From: Armatimonadota bacterium | Lineage (GTDB): Bacteria > Armatimonadota > SYMT01 | Reading direction: 5' to 3' | Assembly: GCA_041690135.1 (NCBI GenBank) | Contig: JAWLHY010000001.1 | Coordinates: forward strand, 1,184,001-1,248,000 | Length of the DNA stretch: 64,000 nucleotides | Shown here: positions 1 to 7,970 of the stretch, in pieces | Layout: the number at the start of each line of letters is the position of its first letter | Numbering within the stretch: the first letter of the stretch is position 1 | Notes under the pieces: generated by a model | Database searches by the model: none | Told to the model about the DNA's origin: nothing | Seen by the model: only the letters and a program-made list of their open reading frames with translations | Translations under genes and position numbers: made by a program

Positions 1-780
1 CTCGGCGATCCCGCGGGCCGCGGGCGCTTTCTCCAGTCCTCCCATCTGACGGTCCAGAAGCTTGAGCAGCGAGCGGCGGTCCTGGAGGCGTTCCAGGGAG
101 AGCCCCTGCGGAAGGCTCAGCTCCGGCAGCTTGAAATCGGGGCTGTTCGGGTCCTGGAGGATCAGGAGCGGGTCGTGGGATTTACCCAGGAAGCTCGCAT
201 GCTGGCCCGGCACCACGCTTCCGTCCCGGATGATGGCGGGGTACGCGACAAACGACGGGATCTCCTTCGGCGCGGGCTTCAGGTAATCGACTACCGAGCC
301 GTAGTGGGGAAACAGGTCCGGTGTATCGCGGAGGCGCTGGTCGTCCAGGGGCGGTGGATGTCCCGAAAGCGCGTAGTACCCGGGCGGGTTGTGGTTCAGG
401 AACTTGTGCGTCATCGAACGCACCACCGTGAACCGGTCCATCACCTGCGCCATGCGGGGCAGGTGCTCGCACACGGGCACCTCCGGCAGCTTAGAGGGGA
501 TCGGGCGGAACTGTCCCCGCGCGTGCTCGCTGCCCTCGGGCTTCATGTCGAACGTTTCCAGGTGGCTGGGGCCGCCCCACTGGAAGAGCAGGATGATCGA
601 CTTGGCCGTGGCCGGCAACGATCCGGCGCCGGTACGGGCCAGGGCCTCGGAATGGAGCAGGTCGGGAAGCGAAAGGCCCACGGTGCCCAGGGTCCCCACG
701 GTCAGCAGGTTGCGGCGCGACATCCGGTGGGCTTGCCGGAAGTTCGCGCAGGCAATATCGCGGTGAGTCGGACTGGACAT
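1..780 (-). CDS. DUF1501 domain protein (3' end runs off the window)
   Basis: Own translation from ATG at 780: MSSPTHRDIACANFRQAHRMSRRNLLTVGTLG...SIILLFQWGGPSHLETFDMKPE...RGQFRPI. Twin-Arg-like leader plus the GGPSHxxTFDxKP DUF1501 signature. Not in the ORF track because it is truncated. Confidence 0.9.
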   Translation of the reverse strand, partial: MSSPTHRDIACANFRQAHRMSRRNLLTVGTLGTVGLSLPDLLHSEALARTGAGSLPATAKSIILLFQWGGPSHLETFDMKPEGSEHARGQFRPIPSKLPEVPVCEHLPRMAQVMDRFTVVRSMTHKFLNHNPPGYYALSGHPPPLDDQRLRDTPDLFPHYGSVVDYLKPAPKEIPSFVAYPAIIRDGSVVPGQHASFLGKSHDPLLILQDPNSPDFKLPELSLPQGLSLERLQDRRSLLKLLDRQMGGLEKAPAARGIAE

Positions 781-786
781 GCTCAA

Positions 787-3231
787 TTACCTTCGCAGGA
801 GAAACTCTTTGCTGTTGAGGAGGACCCACAGCAGGTCTTCGTAGGCGGCACGGCGATCGGTGCGGGCGGCGATATACGCGCGGGCACTCGACAGGTCTTC
901 CGCGGTGGGCGTCCGGGAGAGGGCGGTGAGGTAGAGCTCATTAATGATCTCCGGGTCCGGTTTCCCCGATGCGAGTAGTTGGCCGAGACGGTTCTCCGGC
1001 TTCCGCACCCGCTCTTCGATGACCGGGCCCGCTACCAGCGCGAACGATTGCCCGAGAGTCGGCTCGTTGGTTCGCTCGCACTCGCAGACCGACTCGCGCT
1101 GGTGCTGGCCGAAAAGGCGCAGGAAAGCGTGGCGATTCTTGGTCGGCGGCGGAGGCAGTTGGACCGCCCGTGTGCCCTTCGGCTGGCCGGCGAAGTTCTC
1201 CGGCACGCCCGTTACGTCGCTCACGGCATCCAGCAGCACCTCCGCCGGAAGCCTTTGCACAATGGCGCGGGAGAAGTAGCGCTCATCCTCCGAGTTGGTA
1301 ACGTTCGGCTCCGACGACACCTGGTAGGTGCGGCTGTTCATGATCGTCCGCACCAGGTGGCGCAGGTCGAAGCCGTGGGCGACGAAATCCTTCGTTAGGG
1401 CCTCGAACAACTCCGGATTGGACGGGGGGTTGGAGGCGCGCATGTCGTCCACCGGGTCGACCAACCCCTTGCCCATCACGTGGAACCAGATCCGGTTGAC
1501 CATCGCCCGCGCGAAGAAGGGGTTTTCCGGCGCGGTCAGCCACTCGGCCAGGGCCAGGCGACGATCTTCGGCGCGGGTGGCGTCGGGTTGGATGGAGGCG
1601 GGCTGGGGAATGGCGGGGCTGAGCAGGCGCGCCGGAACGACCTGGCGCGTGCGGGGATGCTCCACTTCGCCCTTCGTCGCGACCCCGATCACCTCTTCGC
1701 CGTTCAACTCATGCTTGTCGAAACGGTCTTTGCGGGTGAACTCCCCCTTCCGCTCGATTCGCGCGAAGAAGGCGGCGAAGGCGTAGAAGTCATCCTGCTT
1801 CCAGCGTTCGAACGGGTGGTTGTGGCACTTCGCGCACTGGAGCCGAGCTCCCATAAACACCTGGGCGGTCCCTTCGGCCAGATCGATCGGGTTGCGGGTG
1901 CGCCGATAGTAGTTGGTGGCGGGGTTGGCGTAGGTGCTCCCCGAGGCCGTAAGGAGTTCGCGAGCGAACTGGTCCAGCGGCTTCTTCTGTGCCAGGCTGG
2001 TCCGAATCCAGTCTCGATAGGCCACCCCACCCTTGGGGTCCAGCGAGCGCTCTTCCAGGCGCAGCACGTCGCTCCATTTCAGGGTCCAGTAGTCATCGAA
2101 CTCCGGCCGCTCCAGCAGGTCGTCCACAAGACGGGTGCGTGCCTTCAGGCTTCTCCTGCTCTCGGCCTCCCGGCTCCCCTGCGCGTTATTCGCCGTGCTA
2201 ACCCGACGCTCCGCAGCGCATTCTTCGAGGAAAGTCTTCACTTCCTCCGGCCGGGGGAGCCGGCCCAGGGTATCCAGGTAAGCGCGGCGCGCGAATTCCG
2301 CGTCGGTGGTCAGGCGGGAGGGTTGTAGACGCAAAAGTTTCAGGCGACGGTCGTTGACCTCATCGATCCAGTTGAAGGCCGGAAGCGCGGTCCAGGCGAA
2401 CTCCTTCCGGGCGGGTACCAGGGTGATGCGGACGTTCTCCATCTGGTCCGCGTACCCCACCAGCACCGTGGCATCCGTAGGCTGCCGGGCGGTCACGACA
2501 CCGTCCGGGGAAACCTCCAGGTTCGGATCGCCGGTGTTGTAATAGGCGAGACGGGCGACGTCGCGGGTGGTGCCGTCCGAGAAGCGGGCTCGCACCGAAA
2601 GGCGGACGGTCCGCTGGGGTTCGATGAGGATACGATCGCCCGGGCTCACCTCGAGCCGGACCAGGTCCGGTTCAGTTGGCGGGTCCACGGGCGCGCCGGC
2701 GGCGATCCAGGCGGCCACCGCCCGGTACTCCGCACTGGTGGTGTTGAACCGCATTCCGCCGCCATGCGGCACGGTGGAGGTGGCCTTGAGCAGCAGCAGG
2801 CTGCGACCGGGTTCCAGGCGGTTGATGCGCCGGCTGCCGCCGTGGCGGACGAGGATCGCCGCATCTCCTTCCGGGTCCTCACCCTTGAGCGAGAGCTTTA
2901 GCCCCCCGCGGCCCTCGGCGTTGCCGTGGCAGGTCCCCTGGTTACAGCCGGCCCGAGAGAGAAGGGGTAGCACGTCGTACCGGTAGGAAGGGGTGAACTC
3001 GGCCGGCGCAGGCTTTGGGGCGGCGGTGCGGGGCTGCGAAGGCTTCTTGACTGCCCTCGGCGTTGGCTTTACCGTTTGCTTCGCAAAACGGCTGGCCGGG
3101 GCCGCGATTGCCGGAGCGGCTGCCGCCAGCAGTATTACAGTGGGAAGCAAGCCGGATAGCCAGCGTAGGCGATCGTCGTTCGCGGAATTTGCGAGTGAAA
3201 GGCCCATGACACCCATCGTCTCTTGGATCAA
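787..3231 (-). CDS. DUF1549/DUF1553 (PSCyt2/PSD1) domain protein with Ig-like domain
   Basis: GCNQGTCHG, SLLLLKAT..VPHGGG, FARRAYLDTLGRLP, LQCAKCHNHPFERW, FARAMVNRIW, LLWVLLNSKEF. Lies directly upstream of DUF1501, a typical pairing. Start codon uncertain. Confidence 0.88.
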   Translation of the reverse strand: MIQETMGVMGLSLANSANDDRLRWLSGLLPTVILLAAAAPAIAAPASRFAKQTVKPTPRAVKKPSQPRTAAPKPAPAEFTPSYRYDVLPLLSRAGCNQGTCHGNAEGRGGLKLSLKGEDPEGDAAILVRHGGSRRINRLEPGRSLLLLKATSTVPHGGGMRFNTTSAEYRAVAAWIAAGAPVDPPTEPDLVRLEVSPGDRILIEPQRTVRLSVRARFSDGTTRDVARLAYYNTGDPNLEVSPDGVVTARQPTDATVLVGYADQMENVRITLVPARKEFAWTALPAFNWIDEVNDRRLKLLRLQPSRLTTDAEFARRAYLDTLGRLPRPEEVKTFLEECAAERRVSTANNAQGSREAESRRSLKARTRLVDDLLERPEFDDYWTLKWSDVLRLEERSLDPKGGVAYRDWIRTSLAQKKPLDQFARELLTASGSTYANPATNYYRRTRNPIDLAEGTAQVFMGARLQCAKCHNHPFERWKQDDFYAFAAFFARIERKGEFTRKDRFDKHELNGEEVIGVATKGEVEHPRTRQVVPARLLSPAIPQPASIQPDATRAEDRRLALAEWLTAPENPFFARAMVNRIWFHVMGKGLVDPVDDMRASNPPSNPELFEALTKDFVAHGFDLRHLVRTIMNSRTYQVSSEPNVTNSEDERYFSRAIVQRLPAEVLLDAVSDVTGVPENFAGQPKGTRAVQLPPPPTKNRHAFLRLFGQHQRESVCECERTNEPTLGQSFALVAGPVIEERVRKPENRLGQLLASGKPDPEIINELYLTALSRTPTAEDLSSARAYIAARTDRRAAYEDLLWVLLNSKEFLLRR

Positions 3232-3310
3232 AGTAAACGCCAGGAGTTATGAGCCTCCGCCCGTGCGGAAGTTACAGGGACTGCGGCAACGCGGAAACCG
3301 GGTTGACCGT

Positions 3311-5116
3311 TTAGCGACCTCCCACCTGGGCGTGCCAGCCGGCCGCGTACGCTCCGCCCTGCGCGAGGAGTTCGGCATGCGTGCCGCTCTCGAGAATGCG
3401 GCCTTCGTCCATTACATGGATCACGTCGGCTCGCATCGCGGTGGTGAACCGGTGGGTGATCAGGATGGCGGTCCGTCCGCGCGCGAGGGAGAGGAAGCGT
3501 TCGAGCCAGTCCGCTTCCGCCCAGGCGTCCATGGCGCTGGTCGGCTCATCCAGGATGATGATTTCCGCGTCCCGGTAGAAGGCACGGGCGAGGGCGACGC
3601 GCTGCCATTCGCCGCCGCTTAACTCCATGCCCTTTGGGAACCACTTCCCCAGAATACTGTCGTATCCGGAAGGAAGCCGCTGGATCGGTCCATCCGCACC
3701 GGCCCGCTGGGCCGCTATGTGGACGCGTTCGGCGGAAGCGGGCTGGGCGATTTCGCTGAACCGGATGTTCTCGCTGACCGTGGCGCTGTACTGCACGGGC
3801 GCCTGGAACATGACGGTGATCTTCCGGCGCAACTCGTCGGTCGACAGGTCGCGGAGGTCCACACCGTCCAGCTCGATGCTGCCCGCATCCGGTTCGTAGA
3901 GCCGGCACAGGAGCTTGATGAGCGTGCTCTTGCCTGCGCCGTTGGAGCCGACGATCGCGGTCACCTTGCCGGCGGGGAAGTGGAGATTGAAGCGGTGCAG
4001 CGCCTCCGCATCCGCGCCCGGGTAGCGGAAGGTCACCTCGCGAAAGCAGAGCCCTTCGGCCAGGGTGGCCGGAACCGGACGGGGATGCTCCGGTTTCGTG
4101 ACGGAAGGGCGCAGCGACAGGAAATCGAAGAGATAGCCGAGGTAGAGGGTGTTGGCGTAAATGTTCCGGATACCCTCGAAGAACCCGTGCATCACCCGCT
4201 GGCCCTGGGTGAACGCGCCGAAGAAGAGGGCCAGGTCCCCCAGGGTGATCTCACCGGCGACGGCGCGGCGGAGCATCATCGCCGCGGGCCACGCGGCCAC
4301 GGCCAGTCCCACGCCTACCGCGGCGATCTGGGCCACCCCCTGCTCCCGCGCGAGTCCGAGACGCTCGTTCCGCAGCTTCGACCGGGTCTGCTGGTAACCG
4401 GAGCGGAAGTGATCGCCCAGGCTGAACAGGCGGAGCTCGGCGGCCGCTTCGCGGCAGGTGAGAACCCACTCGTAGTACCAGGCCTTCCGTTCTTCCACGG
4501 TGACCCGGCTCCGCCACTGGTGCTGGCGCAGGCTATACACCAGCACCACCCCCAACAACGGGATTCCGCTTAAGCCAAGCATAACCGGGATCCACCAACC
4601 GAACGGAAGCAGCGTCAATACGATAGCGGCCGTGGTCAACCCATGCTGGAGCAGGGCGCCCAGGCCTTCGAGTACGGCCACGGGACGCTGCGGCGCCTCG
4701 TAACGGGCCCGGTGCAGCTTGTCGAAGTATTCGGGGCTTTCGTAGAAGCTGTAATCCACGGCCACGGCCTGGGCATGGATCAGGCCGGCCACCGTATCGT
4801 GTACGCGCTCCGCCTGGCCGGTACGCACCCACTCCCCTACTGCCCGGGCCACTTCGGTCAGCAGGAAGAGGCTCCCTACCCCCACCGCCAGTAACAGCAC
4901 CTGGTCGACCGGAAAAGCCGTTCCCGGCTCGCGTGCGCTCACCAGCGCGTTCACCAGCCGCCGGGTCAGGAGCAGGCTGAAGACCGGCAGCAGGCCCTGG
5001 ACCACCAGCAGCGCCAGCCAGGCGATGGTCCAGCCCCGGGCGGCATTCCAGACCAGTTGGAGCGCACGGGGAACGTACGGCAACTGGGAGACCGCGGCGA
5101 GAAAACGCTCTCTCAT
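3311..5116 (-). CDS. ABC transporter ATP-binding/permease (lasso cluster D-type exporter)
   Basis: Start MRERFLAA at 5116 (ATGA overlap with the upstream stop). TM domain, then GSNGAGKST, LSGGEWQR, ILDEPT. Confidence 0.92.
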   Translation of the reverse strand: MRERFLAAVSQLPYVPRALQLVWNAARGWTIAWLALLVVQGLLPVFSLLLTRRLVNALVSAREPGTAFPVDQVLLLAVGVGSLFLLTEVARAVGEWVRTGQAERVHDTVAGLIHAQAVAVDYSFYESPEYFDKLHRARYEAPQRPVAVLEGLGALLQHGLTTAAIVLTLLPFGWWIPVMLGLSGIPLLGVVLVYSLRQHQWRSRVTVEERKAWYYEWVLTCREAAAELRLFSLGDHFRSGYQQTRSKLRNERLGLAREQGVAQIAAVGVGLAVAAWPAAMMLRRAVAGEITLGDLALFFGAFTQGQRVMHGFFEGIRNIYANTLYLGYLFDFLSLRPSVTKPEHPRPVPATLAEGLCFREVTFRYPGADAEALHRFNLHFPAGKVTAIVGSNGAGKSTLIKLLCRLYEPDAGSIELDGVDLRDLSTDELRRKITVMFQAPVQYSATVSENIRFSEIAQPASAERVHIAAQRAGADGPIQRLPSGYDSILGKWFPKGMELSGGEWQRVALARAFYRDAEIIILDEPTSAMDAWAEADWLERFLSLARGRTAILITHRFTTAMRADVIHVMDEGRILESGTHAELLAQGGAYAAGWHAQVGGR

Positions 5117-6324
5117 CGGGCGCCGGCTCGTCCAGTAAGGGCTCGGATTGCCGCTGTTGCCGCTCCACGCACCGCCACCCGCACTCCCGTAGCCAGGTGG
5201 CGGCCGTAATAGGGGAGCAGGAAGGCGTCGTCGCCCAGGTGGTAGCGATAACGCATATAGCCGGGCGCGGGAAGCAGCATTCGGACGAGATAAGCCGCTT
5301 GCGAACCCAGGTCCGGCAGTTCGCGTACCCGCAGGAGCCGGGTGAGATAATAGCGCGCGTGATCCACATCCGGTACATCGGTGGAAGGCGGGTGGACCTC
5401 CAGCATCCGACGGAGGTCGATCGGTCTGGCGGCGGCAATTCCCTTTGGCAGTGCGAGGCCCCAGTAGTGACGCAGCGTGGCGAGGACCAGAGCCATCTCT
5501 CGAGCCACCCCCCAGCGACCCGCCGTCCGTTGAATGCTGAGCCAATCGAGGGAATGCGTCGTCGCCATTTCCAGGATATCCACCAGGCTCTTCAGAGGGG
5601 CGAAGCCGGTCTCTAGATGCTTGACGTAATGCACGGCCGTGTGAATGAGGAAGTGCTCCGGACACAGCAACCAGATGCCGGGAGCCGGGTACCCCACCGG
5701 TACCGCCGACCGCCACACTTCCGCCAGCACGACTTCGCGACGGGCGCGTCGCATCAGGTTGACGTGCAACTCTACCGGAAAGCTATCCGGGCGGACGAAA
5801 GGTGCCAGGTGTTCCCTCCGACGTTCGATCAACAGCGCTTCTGCCCGCGATTTGCGGGGCCGGCTTTGCTCCGTGCTGTGGTAGCCGAGATCCGCGAGCA
5901 CCTGTGCTACGACCGATGCACTGTCCGGCTCCACCAGGATATCCAGATCATCCAGCCGGCGCAGACAAAGGGAGCCGTAAACGCTGAAGAGGGCAGCCGC
6001 GCCCTTGAGCGCCAGTACGCGGGTACCGGCGGCAGCCACGGCCTTGCCAAGTTCCTCCAACTGTCGCAGGGCGCAGACGTTTCTAGCGCCCTGGGTAAGA
6101 TGGGCGAATTGCCAGCCTGCCAGCAGTTCGTCCGGACAATCGGTTCGCATGGTCCGGGACGCCCACTCCGACAGGCGCGGGACCAACCCGTGGAGTTCCG
6201 CTGCCGCATCGACCGCCTTCCACTGTTCTGCCGATAAAGCGGACGGCGCACCCCCGCCGTCCGCGGGTACGCAGATGCTCAGAAGCGCGCGGGCTATCGG
6301 GTCCTCACTCAGCACCTTTCCCAT
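5113..6324 (-). CDS. Nucleotidyltransferase family protein (NTP_transf_5-like), lasso tailoring enzyme
   Basis: LALKGAA...RRLDDLDILV...VELH motifs. Start MGKVLSED overlaps the B2 stop codon. Confidence 0.85.
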   Translation of the reverse strand: MGKVLSEDPIARALLSICVPADGGGAPSALSAEQWKAVDAAAELHGLVPRLSEWASRTMRTDCPDELLAGWQFAHLTQGARNVCALRQLEELGKAVAAAGTRVLALKGAAALFSVYGSLCLRRLDDLDILVEPDSASVVAQVLADLGYHSTEQSRPRKSRAEALLIERRREHLAPFVRPDSFPVELHVNLMRRARREVVLAEVWRSAVPVGYPAPGIWLLCPEHFLIHTAVHYVKHLETGFAPLKSLVDILEMATTHSLDWLSIQRTAGRWGVAREMALVLATLRHYWGLALPKGIAAARPIDLRRMLEVHPPSTDVPDVDHARYYLTRLLRVRELPDLGSQAAYLVRMLLPAPGYMRYRYHLGDDAFLLPYYGRHLATGVRVAVRGAATAAIRALTGRAGAR

Positions 6325-6851
6325 CACGCCTTCTCCGCGCCGGGAAGGAACCGGTCCAGCGCGTCGATCCGGTTTCCGTCGGCATCGAACGCCACGACCG
6401 GCACGAAACCGGCGAGTGTTTCTTCCGGTTCGCTTACGGGCTCGTCCTGGACGCACACCCAGGCGTGCCAGGAGGTTGCCGTTTCGCCCAACTTGGCGCC
6501 GACGACCAGTTGGGCTGGTAGCCGCTTCCGCAGAAGCAAAAAGTAGAGTGTAAGGCTGCGCTCCAGGCAGCGCCCTCCAGCACTCCGGGAGAGCGGCTTG
6601 AACATGAGCCAGGCGAGCTTCACCGCCAGGCGTCGTTCGCAGGCGAGTTTGGGGGTCCGGCCGGCCACGCGAGCTACCGCGGGAACCAGACGGGTCAGGG
6701 GAATCCAGCGCTTCAGGCAAGGCATGACCAGGCGCAGCAGCGCCACCTGAGCAGCCAGACCCCACTGCCGCTGCGGAGCGACACAGTCCTGCAGCGCGCG
6801 GATGCGGTGGCGAGTACGGTAGGCGGGGGTGACGAGTAACGCGTGGATCAT
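6324..6851 (-). CDS. Lasso peptide biosynthesis B2 protein (transglutaminase-like leader peptidase)
   Basis: RCLERSL (catalytic Cys), LVVGA, WHAWV (catalytic His). ATGA overlap with the kinase stop. Confidence 0.88.
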   Translation of the reverse strand: MIHALLVTPAYRTRHRIRALQDCVAPQRQWGLAAQVALLRLVMPCLKRWIPLTRLVPAVARVAGRTPKLACERRLAVKLAWLMFKPLSRSAGGRCLERSLTLYFLLLRKRLPAQLVVGAKLGETATSWHAWVCVQDEPVSEPEETLAGFVPVVAFDADGNRIDALDRFLPGAEKA

Positions 6852-7702
6852 GCCGCCCCCTCCTCTGCTCGCAGGCTGGCTTGGGCTACCATTTCGACCA
6901 GTTCCGGCAGATGTTCGAAACCGGGAGTGAAGCGTACGGAATAGACCGGAACCGTGTCCGCCAGCGTGAGATAGTGGTCGATCATACCCACCTTCCGCTG
7001 GTTATCATCCAGGTCGAAACAGTAAGCGTGTTCCAGCAGGGCCGGAAAGGCTTCCGCGGCGGACAGGCGTTGCAGCCGTACTGGGCAGATCGAGTCAGAG
7101 GACTCTTCCCGCTGAAGCACGCAGACGGCGGCAAGCGGAAGATCCTTCGACCCACCTGATTCCTGGTACCACTCCGCCGAGAACGAGTTCGCCGACTCGC
7201 CGAAGTAGGCGCGAGAAGCCGCGCGCAGGCGGAGGGTGAACGGCAGTGACGCGACCCGCGGGGTACCTTCCCCCTGGCGGATCACCACGGCATCGTCGGC
7301 CCACACCGGAAAGCCCGCTCGACCCAGGGCGTAGGCGAGGGTCGACTTGCCGGTCCCGGAGACGGCACAGATGGCCAGCACTCCTCGCGAGCCGATAACG
7401 GCACTGGCATGGAGCGCTTCACAGCCCATAGACTGCAGCACCAGGGGCAACACCGAGTGAAAGAAGGTCTCCCGGATGGCTCCAAGATCTGCCCCCTGCG
7501 TTGGAGTGGCCGTCACAACGCTGCCGTTGAGTGTGTAAGTGTAGGTAGCCAGCCCGGGAAAGTCGATCCGACGTCCATCTTCGCACACCCAACCGTAGGC
7601 GCACACCTCTCCGTCGCTGTCGCGCCACTCTCCCACGGGACGACCCTGCGGGATGGGAAACGATCTCGAAAGGAGCGTTTGTTCAATCGTTAGTTCCAAC
7701 AT
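6848..7702 (-). CDS. HPr-kinase-like lasso precursor kinase (PadeK/PsmK-like)
   Basis: ALHASAV, Walker A SGTGKST, WADD. Likely start MLELTIEQ at 7702; the ORF is open to 7768. Confidence 0.85.
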   Translation of the reverse strand: MLELTIEQTLLSRSFPIPQGRPVGEWRDSDGEVCAYGWVCEDGRRIDFPGLATYTYTLNGSVVTATPTQGADLGAIRETFFHSVLPLVLQSMGCEALHASAVIGSRGVLAICAVSGTGKSTLAYALGRAGFPVWADDAVVIRQGEGTPRVASLPFTLRLRAASRAYFGESANSFSAEWYQESGGSKDLPLAAVCVLQREESSDSICPVRLQRLSAAEAFPALLEHAYCFDLDDNQRKVGMIDHYLTLADTVPVYSVRFTPGFEHLPELVEMVAQASLRAEEGAA

Positions 7703-7782
7703 GGCTTTCTGGATGATCCCGGTATGGGGCGGGCGGGTGAACAGCCAGGATGCTGCCCCGACTGTCACCCGCCCGCGTAGTC

Positions 7783-7944
7783 CTATCTGAGCTCGATTCC
7801 TCGCGGCTTTCGCGGTTCACCGGGATCGCCACCCGTCAGGCTGAGCTTGCCTCCGCCTTGCTGGACGATTTCGCCAACGTGACCGACGTAGGTGAGTTTC
7901 ATCGGCTCCCAATGCTTGGGAGTCTGGTTCTGCTGCTGGTCCAT
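7783..7944 (-). CDS. Putative lasso-type RiPP precursor peptide, 53 aa: MDQQQNQTPKHWEPMKLTYVGHVGEIVQQGGGKLSLTGGDPGEPRKPRGIELR
   Basis: ATG at 7944 preceded by purine-rich AAAGAAAGGGTCGAGAAA, TAG at 7783. Sits between cyclase and kinase, as in paeninodin-type clusters. The WxxMxLxxxG leader resembles the (Y/W)xxPxLxxxG RRE-binding motif. Confidence 0.85.
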   Translation of the reverse strand: MDQQQNQTPKHWEPMKLTYVGHVGEIVQQGGGKLSLTGGDPGEPRKPRGIELR

Positions 7945-7970
7945 TTTCTCGACCCTTTCTTTTCGCGGGA

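Noticed and set aside
3311-6765. Long N-terminal extensions of the ABC (to 5716) and NTase (to 6765) ORFs, suggesting fusions
   Set aside because: The extensions overlap the upstream genes in another frame; internal starts at 5116 and 6324 coincide with stop/start overlaps.
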